Shown here: positions 11,111 to 21,883 of the stretch, piece after piece
How positions within the stretch are numbered: the first letter of the stretch is position 1
Layout: every line of letters begins with the position of its first letter
DNA from: Andalucia godoyi And28
Taxonomy: Eukaryota; Protista; Jakobida
Length of the DNA stretch: 64,000 nucleotides
Assembly (NCBI GenBank): GCA_009859145.1
Contig: VRVR01000008.1
Span: forward strand, 323,693-387,692
Direction of reading: 5' to 3'
Translations under genes and position numbers: made by a program
Notes under the pieces: generated by a model
Databases searched by the model: none
What the model saw: the letters and a program-made list of their open reading frames with translations, nothing else
Told to the model about the DNA's origin: nothing

Positions 11111-13897
11111 TTACAAGATGATTTCGCGGGGCTTGGGCTTGTGGAAGAACCGCAATGCTCCTGTAGCGCCCTCCTTGGTGTCAGCAGGTCTATACGGCGC
11201 AGTCCCGCCGTACGGACGGGGCAACCCAAGATCGTCGTCTGGGATATAGGCGTTCGGTCGGGGCTCCGCGGTGGTTCTCGTGATGGTTGCTGGAAGATTT
11301 CGCTCTGCCTCAAGCTGTTTCTTGCGATCCAGCAGCATTTCCTGTCTTCGCAGCCTGTCCGTCATATCACGATAGAAACCATCTTCAGCATCGTCCGTTG
11401 GAGGCTCGCCGATCGCAACCCTCTGTTCGGCGTCTTCGACGGTCTTCTTGACTTCGTCACGCTCAAGCTGGAGCTTCATTGCCGTAGCCTGGACCATGGA
11501 GAGCTCTGCAACGAGCGCCATCATCTTCTTTGTCTTGTCGCGCAGGGCGGCCTGGTATGCGTTGATCTGCTGGGATACGGCAAGAGCAGGCTCTCGAACC
11601 CGCTGTGCGTCCCCACGCAGCTTGTCGATCGCTGTGTTGACTTCGTCCGCAACAAGTTGCTTTTCGAGGAGCTTCTCCTTGGCCGCATGAATTCGTTCTT
11701 CAAGGCGCACCACCTTGGCGGACAGTTTCTCAGGAGGATCGTCATGACCTCCAAGTGCACGCCACCGCGAGGTGTTGGAGGGTGCGTCAAGGGCTTTCGA
11801 GAGATACTCTGACAGGGCGCGCTCCATGAGAAGTTCGTTTTGGAACTGGATAACCTGGTGTCGAAGATCCTCAAACTCGGGCTCTGCACGACGCGTATTC
11901 TCAAGAGCTCGAACAAGATCGCTTGTCTCACGCTGCAGATACTTGAGCTCCTCCTCTCTCCTGCGCAGTGCCATCTCACCTTCGTTCAAAATAGTTTCTT
12001 GGATGTTGTTCTTTTCGTACAAGATGCACAATTCATCATTGCGATCAATGAGAGCAAGACCTGCAAAGTTTCGATCTGCAACAGCACGCTCATAAGACTG
12101 CTTTAGTCGCAGCATATCCTCTTCGGCATTTTCGATCAGGCTGTGAAGCCGTTCAATGTTCGCGAGTTGCTCATCCAACACGGATTTCCGCTGACGATAA
12201 ATGACCAAGAGCTTGTTGGCCTCTGATCGAAGCGTCTCGCGGTTTCCAAACTTTTCCTGCTGATCTCGGCGCTCCTTCGTGAGCAGAGAGTCCTTCGCGG
12301 ACGATTTCCTTCTCAAGACATCCAATTCGTTATCCAGAATACCGTTCTTCTCCTTGATTTCCGCCAGTTTCTGCATGGAAGTCTGGATCATGGTTGAATA
12401 CTTGTTGCGCTCCGTCTTGAGTTTTGTGTACAAATTTTCGACAAACGTGACGCGACCCTTGAGTTCATCTTCCTGGCGCTCCATTTCAGAAATGTGGATC
12501 TGTTTGACCTTCAGCGTGTCGAGCGCCTCTCGCAGTCTGGCCTTTACCTTCGCAGCATCCCGGGACGCACGTTCTCTGATCGCGGAAGCTTTCGTAATGT
12601 CGTTATTGAGTTGTCTTTGCTCATCGACCAGCGTCAGCAAGTCATCTTCCATTTGCTTGAGCTGATCCTTGACGGCCTGGTACTGTCCGATCGAAGTCTT
12701 TTCCACGCCTTCCTGCTTCAAGAAACTGTTAATCATGATGTCCACTTCACGCTTCAAATCTTCCATCTCGCGAGCGTTCTTTTTCCGCAAGTTTTCCAGT
12801 TGTTCCAATTGCCGAGTGGTCAGATCATACTGCGTTGCGAAGTCCGTGTGCTGCTGCTTTGCAATGCCAATCGAGTTCTCCAGCCGTCGAATCGTCTTGA
12901 GCATCGTATCCTTGTCCTTGAGCAACTTGTTCAAGCTGTCTCTCTCGCGGTGAGCTTCTGCATCGAGCGTGTTTTCGCGAAGTTCCAGGTCCATTTGCCC
13001 CGCCACCAGTTCCATCTTGCGCTCCTTTTCAATCTCAATATTCTTCTCGAATTCATCGAGTTGTCGTTGTTTCTGCTCAATCGCAGATCTTTGAGACTCC
13101 AGTCCAATCGATAAATCGTACCATTCTTTCTCGATGCGTTGCTTCGAAGAATCTTGTTCTGCGGACATGCGATCATACTCCTTCCACTTTTCTTCGAGCT
13201 TCTTCAGATCAGAGTCCATGGCTTCGTTAGCCTTGGACGCAACGCTGACCTGTTTTCTCATCTTTTCCGGGTCATTTTCGATTCTTCTCAAGTGCTCCTT
13301 TTCTCGAGCGTAGTCCTCCTTGAGATTCTCAATTTCATGACGAAGTTGCCGAATTCGAAGATCCGAGCTCGACCGTTGCTCATCATATTTCTGATCTTGG
13401 TCGTTCAGCCTCTCAATTTCTTTTTTCAAGTCGTCGATGCCCGATTCCAGCTTTTCAATCACAGGCTTCAGAGCTGCAATGCGCTTATCTTCCTCTTCCT
13501 GGATCTCGCTCTGCATGTTGTCCATTTGTCGCTCAAGTTCTGCCTTTTCAATCGACAAGACCGCTTCTCGTTCCTGACACTCTGCAAACTCCAACTCTGC
13601 CTTTGCCTTGTCGGATCTCAGGCTCTCCATAACTGCATCATCCTCCTTGGCAGATGCGTCGTACCGACCCAGCTTCTCTGCCAAGACATCAAATTCCTGC
13701 TTCAGCGACCGTCCCTTTGCCACAAGCTGAGACTCGTGCTCATACGTCTTGACGACCATTTCTTGCATTTTCTCGTACTTTGAACGCAGCCATTCAGCAC
13801 GCGTAGCATCAATACGACCACAGGAGAGTAGCTCGTCAAGTACGCCTATTGCAACCGAGTTGGACACATCGGCCACAAACTCGTCCGACGTCGACAT
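11111..13897 (-). CDS. CCDC146: Coiled-coil ciliary protein CCDC146/MBO2, about 928 aa
   Basis: Long coiled coil with the diagnostic C-terminus RTTAEPRPNAYIPDDDLGLPRPYG. First plausible ATG (MSTSDEF) is at 13897. Confidence 0.85.
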   Translation of the reverse strand: MSTSDEFVADVSNSVAIGVLDELLSCGRIDATRAEWLRSKYEKMQEMVVKTYEHESQLVAKGRSLKQEFDVLAEKLGRYDASAKEDDAVMESLRSDKAKAELEFAECQEREAVLSIEKAELERQMDNMQSEIQEEEDKRIAALKPVIEKLESGIDDLKKEIERLNDQDQKYDEQRSSSDLRIRQLRHEIENLKEDYAREKEHLRRIENDPEKMRKQVSVASKANEAMDSDLKKLEEKWKEYDRMSAEQDSSKQRIEKEWYDLSIGLESQRSAIEQKQRQLDEFEKNIEIEKERKMELVAGQMDLELRENTLDAEAHRERDSLNKLLKDKDTMLKTIRRLENSIGIAKQQHTDFATQYDLTTRQLEQLENLRKKNAREMEDLKREVDIMINSFLKQEGVEKTSIGQYQAVKDQLKQMEDDLLTLVDEQRQLNNDITKASAIRERASRDAAKVKARLREALDTLKVKQIHISEMERQEDELKGRVTFVENLYTKLKTERNKYSTMIQTSMQKLAEIKEKNGILDNELDVLRRKSSAKDSLLTKERRDQQEKFGNRETLRSEANKLLVIYRQRKSVLDEQLANIERLHSLIENAEEDMLRLKQSYERAVADRNFAGLALIDRNDELCILYEKNNIQETILNEGEMALRRREEELKYLQRETSDLVRALENTRRAEPEFEDLRHQVIQFQNELLMERALSEYLSKALDAPSNTSRWRALGGHDDPPEKLSAKVVRLEERIHAAKEKLLEKQLVADEVNTAIDKLRGDAQRVREPALAVSQQINAYQAALRDKTKKMMALVAELSMVQATAMKLQLERDEVKKTVEDAEQRVAIGEPPTDDAEDGFYRDMTDRLRRQEMLLDRKKQLEAERNLPATITRTTAEPRPNAYIPDDDLGLPRPYGGTAPYRPADTKEGATGALRFFHKPKPREIIL

Positions 13898-14413
13898 TCG
13901 TTTGTCCCCACTCTTCACCTCTTGAAAGGGGGGGAAGAAAAAGGAAAAAAGAAAAGGGGGGAAAAAACCAATCCGTCCCAAAAATGCAAACCTATCAAAA
14001 CTGGTTAAAACAAGAAGAGGATGAAGGAGACAATCCAAAAGAATGTGCAGTGTCACAGAGAAAGACAAAGAGAAATTTAATTAATCGTCTTTATTTTGAG
14101 AAGATAAAATCATCATCATCATCATCATCATAATGCAGAAAAAGGCGTCTGTTTGCGTGTCTCAGGAAAGGAAAAAATTGGACGGTTGGCTCAATGGACT
14201 ACAGCCGCCGGTGGTGGTGTTTTATTTTTTTTGTGCTGTTCGCCTACAGTCAGCGAAAAATCAATAATACCCAGAAGGTCTTTTTGGGCGAATTAACAAA
14301 GTTTCAATTGCTTTTCTTTTTGTTGATTGACGCGATCTGCATCGTACGAATCTCCGGGAACAACAGAAACGCGAAAAAAGAATAATAATATAATACTCAC
14401 AAGACAACGAGTA

Positions 14414-14805
14414 ATGGCCCTGACCAAAGAAGTAGTGTGGGGAAGTATAGTTGCAATGACATGCATTGCAATCGGTGCGAAGTGGGTATGATCTTTCTCC
14501 TTTTCCCTGCTCGTCGTTTCCCCAACCCGTGTTTTGTTCTGTGTGGCTGAGTGTGGGCAAGCACCTTATTTTACGGCCCATTCTTGTTTTTTTAAATTTA
14601 TTTTTAAATTTATTTACTTACTTTGGGAGTTTGGATGTTGTAGATTGAGAACCGATATGAATTGGATGTCTTGAAGAAGAGGACCGATTTGCGGATAAAG
14701 GAAGCCAGCATGTATCGAGACGTTATTGTCCCGAGAGATGTATGGGAAGCGACTCGCGGTTTGGAAAAGCCGAGCTGGATCGATGAAAAACCACGAAAGC
14801 CTTGA
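14414..14805 (+). CDS. Two-exon microprotein, 77 aa, with one N-terminal hydrophobic segment (absent from the ORF track)
   Basis: Exon 1 is 14414-14485 (MALTKEVVWGSIVAMTCIAIGAKW). The intron is GTATGA...TTGTAG, 14486-14643 (158 nt, phase 0). Exon 2 is 14644-14805 (IENRYELDVLKKRTDLRIKEASMYRDVIVPRDVWEATRGLEKPSWIDEKPRKP*). Confidence 0.75.
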
Positions 14806-14933
14806 AAAACTGTACATTCTGAAGTTTTTCTTTCTATCCGTTTGGTTATTCAATATTATTATTGTGATTATTATTATTTTTTGTAACTGTTCTTGGTTTC
14901 TCTGCGTCAAGTCGACAGTGCTTTTTGATGGCA

Positions 14934-16805
14934 TCAGGAATGGCTGGTGAGAGACCACGTGCGAACGGAGCCGTCGGAACCGGTCGCGATGAGAGTGCCT
15001 GGATTGGAGTGCAAAATGCTGATTGCGTTCACTCGTCCTCCACTCCCGGCAAGGATATACTTTCGCGTGATTTTGCATGCCGAGGTTTCTTGGTCGCCTC
15101 TTCGCTTTGAAAACATGGAATCGTTCAGATTGTCGATGGAAGCATGGGAATCGATGATAGAGCGATCGAGGTTTGCAGAACTGGCGGATGTGTCGCACTC
15201 CTTGCCGCTTGTTGAAAAGTCGATGACGATGATATCGCGATTCACGACGTATAGTAGAGAATTCGCACATGTGCGAACGAGATGTGCCGTAAAGCCAGCT
15301 TCTGCTTTCTCTCGAATCAAGCACTTTTCCGAAGACAGATCGAACAGCGCAATAGATCCATTGACAGATGACGATGCGACGTACCGGTAGTTCTTCGCAT
15401 CAAAGTGAATCGCAGTGATTGATGATGCCTGCTCCTCGGACGAGGACATTGTCATTTCTCGCTGGCAAGCCAGAGTACGGAGATCCCAGAAGCGCACGGA
15501 GCCATCCGATGCCCCCGTCACAAGTGCGTATTGCGCACTTTGGAAGCATGTTACCGCAACCCCTTGCGGATGCTCCAGGGATCCAACGCGACTTAGTTGA
15601 AATGGTTTTCCAGAGTCTGCACCCACTTGATAGACATCGACAGCGCTCTTTCCGTTCAGGAAAACAACAATGTACGCTGCATCTCCAAACGAGGCGTACT
15701 CAAGGCCGCAAATCGCATGCTTCCCCATGGGAAATATCCCAACGAGTTTGTACGAGTGATCACCGGAGTCAGCTACAGACACTGCACGAAATCGATCTGG
15801 TGGTGATCCAGTCTGTATCGATTCTGCACAAGCGGATGCATCCGTGAATATGTACACATTTCCATTTCCACAACCACAAAACATCGTCAGCCCATCCTCA
15901 GAGACGGTCATGCAACGAACGTATCCTCCTTCGCAGAAGCCGACGACAGGCAGCACAGAGTCTTGTAACAGCCCAAACAGAGCCTGCTGCTCGATCCCAC
16001 CACTCCTGGACTGGGATGTAAGATGCAGGTTCCCAGAGCCTCTGAATTTCTGTCGTGTAACATCATAGCGGACCATGCGAACGCGAGAGTCTTCGCCAGC
16101 CATGATAAGCCGTACGGAATGGTCGCCGGGCACCTGACTTGGCGACAGTTCACGCAAACACGTCTGGTTGCCTCCTGATGAGAACATGGAGTCCAAAGGA
16201 ACGTTTCTGAAGAGCCGCATTGTTTCTTTGCGAAGACGTGAGCGCGACGGAGTGTTTGCAACGGATGCACCTGTTCCTCCTAGTGTTGAAGCATCCATTT
16301 CGGACTTGATCTCATTCTCGTTTGCACCATTCTTCTCGGTCTTTCTGGGAGAAACCCCAATGTTCTTGACCAGCTTTTCAAATGAAAGGCTCTGTTCACT
16401 GATTTCAGCGAGTCGATTATCGAGAACTGCAATTCGCCGGCGATCCTCCTCTTGTCGTTTGGACAACGAGACGACTTTTCCTTCCAAAGTCCGTCGCTTT
16501 TCAAGCAATTCCATGACAGTTTCATCGATTTTTCGGACCTGGCGCATGCACGTAAGCTTTTGTCTGTGACTCACGTCAATGGAGTCGTCGAGAATGGATC
16601 GCTCTTCAAAGAGTTCTGCCACAATCCGCTGGATGGACGTCAGAGACGCTGGCAGAACTTCTCGAAACTTGCATTGTGGATCCGTAGAGAGCGGCTTGCC
16701 ACCAGCTGCTGTCGGAAGACTTTGATGCCAACGATGATTGCTGCTGTTCTCAACATGCGGCGACAGGACGTTTTTGTAAATCTCGCTCTCCAAGGATGAA
16801 TTCAT
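14934..16805 (-). CDS. Coiled-coil plus WD40-repeat protein, about 623 aa
   Basis: N-terminal heptads and WD repeats (TGASDGSVRFWD, SSSVNGSIALFD, TGSDGSVRTWS). First ATG is at 16805. Confidence 0.8.
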   Translation of the reverse strand: MNSSLESEIYKNVLSPHVENSSNHRWHQSLPTAAGGKPLSTDPQCKFREVLPASLTSIQRIVAELFEERSILDDSIDVSHRQKLTCMRQVRKIDETVMELLEKRRTLEGKVVSLSKRQEEDRRRIAVLDNRLAEISEQSLSFEKLVKNIGVSPRKTEKNGANENEIKSEMDASTLGGTGASVANTPSRSRLRKETMRLFRNVPLDSMFSSGGNQTCLRELSPSQVPGDHSVRLIMAGEDSRVRMVRYDVTRQKFRGSGNLHLTSQSRSGGIEQQALFGLLQDSVLPVVGFCEGGYVRCMTVSEDGLTMFCGCGNGNVYIFTDASACAESIQTGSPPDRFRAVSVADSGDHSYKLVGIFPMGKHAICGLEYASFGDAAYIVVFLNGKSAVDVYQVGADSGKPFQLSRVGSLEHPQGVAVTCFQSAQYALVTGASDGSVRFWDLRTLACQREMTMSSSEEQASSITAIHFDAKNYRYVASSSVNGSIALFDLSSEKCLIREKAEAGFTAHLVRTCANSLLYVVNRDIIVIDFSTSGKECDTSASSANLDRSIIDSHASIDNLNDSMFSKRRGDQETSACKITRKYILAGSGGRVNAISILHSNPGTLIATGSDGSVRTWSLTSHS

Positions 16806-16837
16806 GACTACCAAATCGAACCCAATTTAAATTAAAC

Positions 16838-16838
16838 C

Positions 16839-16889
<51 letters not shown>

Positions 16890-16907
16890 AATAATAATAA
16901 TAATAAT
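16838..16907. repeat. (CAA)n(TAA)n microsatellite
   Basis: Directly visible. Confidence 0.95.
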
Positions 16908-17209
16908 CACTGGAATAGGTATGCTCTGTTGATTGAATTCCAATTTCAAAAAGTAAATAAATGAAAACAAAACAAAGTGTCAAAAATCCTATTTGGATAC
17001 TATTCATTTTCCTTCTCTCGGATTTTTTTCCCAATCGCGCAAGCTGAATGATTAACGGTACAAACTTCTGCCCGATTCTGTGCTCCTCGAGTCCTTCTCT
17101 TATCAGCTGCTGTTCGCTGGCAAACTTGGTGTCTCCACTCTGTTCTGCTGAGTTTTTCGTTTAATTTTTTCCCCATATTTCTTGTTTGGTTTCACTGATT
17201 GAATTGTCA

Positions 17210-17325
17210 GTACTATTACTGTTATTACTATTACTGTTATTACTATTACTGTTATTACTATTACTATTACTATTATTATTATTACCATTATTATTATTAT
17301 AAGTTATTATTATTATAAGTTATTG
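17210..17325. repeat. Compound TAC/TAT/GTT trinucleotide tract with a 15-bp higher-order unit
   Basis: ACTATTACTGTTATT repeated three times, followed by (TAT)n. Confidence 0.9.
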
Positions 17326-17351
17326 CAAGGCTGGGGGGTAGTAGGAGTGAT

Positions 17352-20300
17352 ATGGGTATATTTTCAAAGAGTGCAAAGGAGACGTCATCGGCGGCGGTGT
17401 TTGGAGTTGCGCTGGAAAACTTGCCGAGGCCCAAAGACAAGGTGGTTATTGCGTCCATTCCGACGTTTCTTGCTCGGTTAATAACGGCGATTCATGACAC
17501 AACACTTCGGTTTCAAGGGTCTGTAGATCCTTCGATTTTTGATTTTGACTTTGCGTCTACTCGGCCTGATGTTGCGATTTTGATGACGCGGTTGAACGAA
17601 GGTCACACCTCCAAGATTGACTTTGCTAATTATTCCATTGTCGTATTATGGGGGACGTTGTACAGGTTCTTCGAGGAGCTTCCGCAGCCCATTGTGTCGG
17701 AACTTGACACAAAAAGACTGATTCAGAGGTGCCAAAGCATGTCCCCAGGACCGCAGCAGAAACGAAGAGCGTTGGTTTCGTTTTTTGCCGATGTTCCCGT
17801 TTTGCACGTTGTGTTGATCCATTGCGTTGCTTCGCTGTTTCGGAAATTCATAGAGTCTCATGAGTCCCTGCGTTTCGCTTCATTTGCTCTCGCCAAGATG
17901 CTGTCAAGCTCCAAGAGAAGTAGGTTTATTCGGCAAAAGGGCATGTCGCCTGTACGAAAAAGAGCGTCATCCTCAGCAGCCCCAGCCTCTGCTTCCTCTT
18001 CTTCGTCGTTTTCACTGTCTTCGTCCTCAACCTCGCCTTCTCCTATGGTTTCTGTCGGGAAGATCCCGGATGAGAATAGCCAGCTGGCCGCGTTAATGAA
18101 ATCTGCGCTGATCGATCTGCCGAGCGTGATTCCTGCCACACTGTTGCCAGTCGCGTACCTGGATTCATGCACGTTCTTGCCGTCCAAAGTGACTGCAGGA
18201 CCTTCCTTTGCCTTCTTTGCATCCAGGAACGCGAGCCAGAATGACGCAGTTCCATCAGAACGAGACCGAGCGGTGTCTCCAGTGTCTCAGCGTTCGGTGC
18301 TGTTCTCTTCCGCTGTGGTGGGTCCTGAAGCGCTCTCGAATGCCTCTGAAATAACGGGAAGCGGGCTCAGTACGACCTTACCGATCGCAGAAGCCGATGC
18401 GTCCGTGCCCGTGGTATCTGTGAATTTGGTCGGGGCACAGAACGGAAATCCGGACGCCGGCGGCCCCTCCACTCTGTCGCACCCAACGCATTCCGTGGAA
18501 TTTATAGCCGAGATTGAGAACTCGCTTTCGGAAACAGAGTCGGTGTTGGAGGACGCGCAGAAAAAGACAAGAGTGAACATCGAAAGAGAGTCGCAGCGCC
18601 AGAAAAAGCGGAGCGACTCCACGAAAAAGACACCGCGGCGCACGGAGCCCTTTTTTTCTACTGCTGGTTCATCTTACAGTGCAAAACATCGCAGTCAATC
18701 GGCACTGTCTTCTTCGTTGAACAAGAAGGATTTTCTGCTTAAGTTGAAGGAGAAAAACTTGGAAGACCTCCGGAGGTTGGAGAAGGAAATTGCAGCTGCT
18801 TCGGAATCCCCGTCTTCGTCAAGACAGAAACGGTCACCCAGCCCCTCACCCGCAAATCCCCCTCTACGGTTTTCATCCCCTGCTCCACGAAAGTCGCCAA
18901 AGAAGCCCACGGAATCGGCGTCCAAAAAGGCTAAAGCCAGGAATCGGCGATACAGGAGGAGAGAATCTCTCGACTTTCGGACGCAAAAGGCTCTGGAGTC
19001 TCGTGCAACTGCTACAGCAAGCGCTTCCGCGGATGCTCAGACAGATGCAATTTCAGCAAAGTCACCAGTGCCAGTCATCAAGTTTCCTTCGTCAATGTTC
19101 GACAGTCGTGACAAAGAGTTGAATGATTCACTTGTGTCGTCAGACGAAGACTTGTTGAACTCAAAGCTTTCGAACAGCGAGACTCGGACTGCAGATGGAT
19201 CTTTCAGTAGCAACATCTCTGCAATGGAGAATTCGAGTGAGCAAATAGCGGTGGAAAAACTGCTTGCAGCGGACGACAGCGCTGGCTCTTCGAATGTCGT
19301 AGGACCCGAATCTCAGATTCTTGCGTCTAGAAATGAGGACCAGCGACCGAAAAAGAAGATAGATGGTGCCGTGCATCAAGAATCCGAAGCAGGTAACGAG
19401 GACGGTGGTGGTGGTGTGCCGAGGAAGGCTGGGAAGAAGATGCGGAAATCGCGGACACCTTCGCCGAGTTTCGGTGAACGTCTGTATCTGCAGGGATTGG
19501 AGAGCAAAAGGAAAGTAGAGCAATTTGCGGATCAAACGATCTTACAGCGCAGAAAAGAAGAAGAGGAAAATGCGGATTGCACATTCAAGCCGCAGATCAG
19601 TGAGCTCGGTAAGCGAATGCATCCCGACTTTGGGGCGATCATCAGCGAGAAAAGAAGGGCGGAAATCGAAACGTTGCATCTGGAAGAGCAGCGAAAGCTT
19701 CGAGAACAGTGCACATTCAAGCCGCACATCTCATCCAAGTCGCTGCAGCTTGCTGTTGTTGCCCGAAAGCGTCACGCGTCGGTTGAAAGGGACCGTTTTG
19801 AACATGTGCAACAGAACGAGCCTGAATCCGTGGAGCAGTATCGGGATCTTCAGAGGAAAGACCAGGACAGGGTAGTTCAGCGCAGTGCATCCGCGATGCG
19901 GAGTCACCATGCAAGCTCCAGCTCTGCCGTGAACTCCCTGTCGGAAACACGATCCGCATTTTTGAATCGCCTTGTGTACTCGAAGCAGCAACAGGAGGCT
20001 GCATTGGAGCGTATCCGCAAGCAGGTGTGGAAAGTTGACCCTGCTACCAACCACGAGTTTTGCAAGCCTGCAGTCAACAAGGCTTCGGAGAATTTTGCTC
20101 GTGGTTTTACTGTCAAACGGCAAAAGTCTATTGATAGCACGCCGCCGAAATCGTTCAGAGCATCGACAAGCATTTCTGCAGAGCTCGGCCGAGACAGGCC
20201 TCTGGTGCCTGTGGAAACAAAAAACAAGGAGAATGTAGTTCCTGTTTATGCTTCGAATGGAAATCCAGCGCCGAATTCCATCCATGATGTCCTTTATGAA

Positions 20301-21557
20301 GAATCTAAATCCCTAAATTTCGAACGATCGCAACGGGAGAAGTTTATAGAAGAGATGAGACAAAAGGCTGCGACTGTGCTGATTGATGACAAACACACAT
20401 CCGAACTGGCGCATCAGCGACGCAAAAAGCTGTGGGAGAATATCTGGGCAACGCAAGTTTTCCCGAAAAGCATTCGAAACATCGAAGGCGTAGGCCGAGT
20501 GGAAGTCGTGAATCTCCATGATCTCGATATGGAGGCTCTGCATCCTGATCTGCGAAGCGACTTCAGGGAAGTTCTTTCCTCGATAACTGTGAATGCGGAG
20601 ACATTCTGGAAATTCGATGATTTCTTTTCATACATGGAGACCTTCATCAAGAAATCGTACTTTGGGCCTCGGCAGTATCTGTACTCTGGAGCAAAGAGTC
20701 TTAATAGGGATGCCGACAAGGCCCAGAAAAGAGAGAAGAGCCCAAGTTTAGGAATCGTTGAGAGGCTCTATGAAAGAGAAGTGGCTCGCCGTCGGTCGTT
20801 GTCAGAAGCTCGAGCAACAAAGCTCGACGACTTGCTAAAACAGTGCACGTTTCGTCCCCGATTGTTGCCGACTTCGCGGGAGTTCCAGCATAGTCACGGC
20901 ATCCACAGTAAATATAAGGACGCACGGGGCGCGGCCGCTGTCCCGGAGCCGAATCGCTCCGACTTTCTTCGGCGAATCCAGGAAGGAGAAGAGGACGATG
21001 GCTGGATCTCGGATTTTGGCCAGCACCCGCCTGGGGGAACGGATCATGCGAAGTCTGATGTGCGGTTTCCCATGCAATCACTTGCTTTTGCCAAGCACGA
21101 CTGTGCCGTGGGCTTGTCTGCTACCCAGCTCGCGGTGCCCCATGGCCCACCCGTCGACGAACCACTTTGCATTGGGGACCTAACGTCGTTCCGCAGTGCC
21201 GCCGATGCAGTCAGTTCCCAAAATGGGTCCATTCATGCCGGACACGGAACAGAAGAACTTGGTGATGATGATAGCTCTTCTGCTGTGCAGCCAGTGCGAG
21301 AAGTATTGTTATCCGTTTCTGAGAACTTTGATTATTCGTCTGAGCATTACCCTCGAAAAGAAGATGCTGTTCTCCAAGCTGCTTACGCAACAATGGTACG
21401 CTCCTCTTCTTTTGAAACGAAGAGAGAGGAGGCACGAGGATTTTCCAACTCCCAGCCTGCTGCTGCCACATCTGGATCATATGCATGTCGATTGCAGCCT
21501 GCGCAGGCCGCGTTGTCTCGGTCACTGATTGCAGCATCCCATTCATCAAATAACTGA
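17352..21557 (+). CDS. 1401-aa protein with a degenerate RhoGAP-like N-terminal domain and repeated CTF[KR]P motifs
   Basis: VFGVALE...IPTFL...LYRFFEELPQPIV resembles the RhoGAP fold. CTFKPQI, CTFKPHI and CTFRPRL occur in the C-terminal half. Confidence 0.65.
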   Translation: MGIFSKSAKETSSAAVFGVALENLPRPKDKVVIASIPTFLARLITAIHDTTLRFQGSVDPSIFDFDFASTRPDVAILMTRLNEGHTSKIDFANYSIVVLWGTLYRFFEELPQPIVSELDTKRLIQRCQSMSPGPQQKRRALVSFFADVPVLHVVLIHCVASLFRKFIESHESLRFASFALAKMLSSSKRSRFIRQKGMSPVRKRASSSAAPASASSSSSFSLSSSSTSPSPMVSVGKIPDENSQLAALMKSALIDLPSVIPATLLPVAYLDSCTFLPSKVTAGPSFAFFASRNASQNDAVPSERDRAVSPVSQRSVLFSSAVVGPEALSNASEITGSGLSTTLPIAEADASVPVVSVNLVGAQNGNPDAGGPSTLSHPTHSVEFIAEIENSLSETESVLEDAQKKTRVNIERESQRQKKRSDSTKKTPRRTEPFFSTAGSSYSAKHRSQSALSSSLNKKDFLLKLKEKNLEDLRRLEKEIAAASESPSSSRQKRSPSPSPANPPLRFSSPAPRKSPKKPTESASKKAKARNRRYRRRESLDFRTQKALESRATATASASADAQTDAISAKSPVPVIKFPSSMFDSRDKELNDSLVSSDEDLLNSKLSNSETRTADGSFSSNISAMENSSEQIAVEKLLAADDSAGSSNVVGPESQILASRNEDQRPKKKIDGAVHQESEAGNEDGGGGVPRKAGKKMRKSRTPSPSFGERLYLQGLESKRKVEQFADQTILQRRKEEEENADCTFKPQISELGKRMHPDFGAIISEKRRAEIETLHLEEQRKLREQCTFKPHISSKSLQLAVVARKRHASVERDRFEHVQQNEPESVEQYRDLQRKDQDRVVQRSASAMRSHHASSSSAVNSLSETRSAFLNRLVYSKQQQEAALERIRKQVWKVDPATNHEFCKPAVNKASENFARGFTVKRQKSIDSTPPKSFRASTSISAELGRDRPLVPVETKNKENVVPVYASNGNPAPNSIHDVLYEESKSLNFERSQREKFIEEMRQKAATVLIDDKHTSELAHQRRKKLWENIWATQVFPKSIRNIEGVGRVEVVNLHDLDMEALHPDLRSDFREVLSSITVNAETFWKFDDFFSYMETFIKKSYFGPRQYLYSGAKSLNRDADKAQKREKSPSLGIVERLYEREVARRRSLSEARATKLDDLLKQCTFRPRLLPTSREFQHSHGIHSKYKDARGAAAVPEPNRSDFLRRIQEGEEDDGWISDFGQHPPGGTDHAKSDVRFPMQSLAFAKHDCAVGLSATQLAVPHGPPVDEPLCIGDLTSFRSAADAVSSQNGSIHAGHGTEELGDDDSSSAVQPVREVLLSVSENFDYSSEHYPRKEDAVLQAAYATMVRSSSFETKREEARGFSNSQPAAATSGSYACRLQPAQAALSRSLIAASHSSNN

Positions 21558-21586
21558 TTTATTAAACAAACAAAATCTCGCTGGCT

Positions 21587-21850
21587 CTAGACAGGACGGA
21601 GAGCTGGACAGTCCGAAGACAGCAACAACTCGCTAGCTGATCCAGGTTCTTCATTAAACTGTTTTGTACTGGATAGATTTTGCGCGAGTGTGAATTGTGG
21701 TGAATTGACTGAGGCAACCGGGGTGGAAGGCGAAGCTACTGAAGCAGATGCGGGCGACGAAGACAATGGTAAATCAGAAACTATCGGGGCAGCCGACGAC
21801 GAAGAAACAGCAGCTAGGGTAACAGACGAAGGCGCTGATGATGATGATAA

Positions 21851-21883
<33 letters not shown>

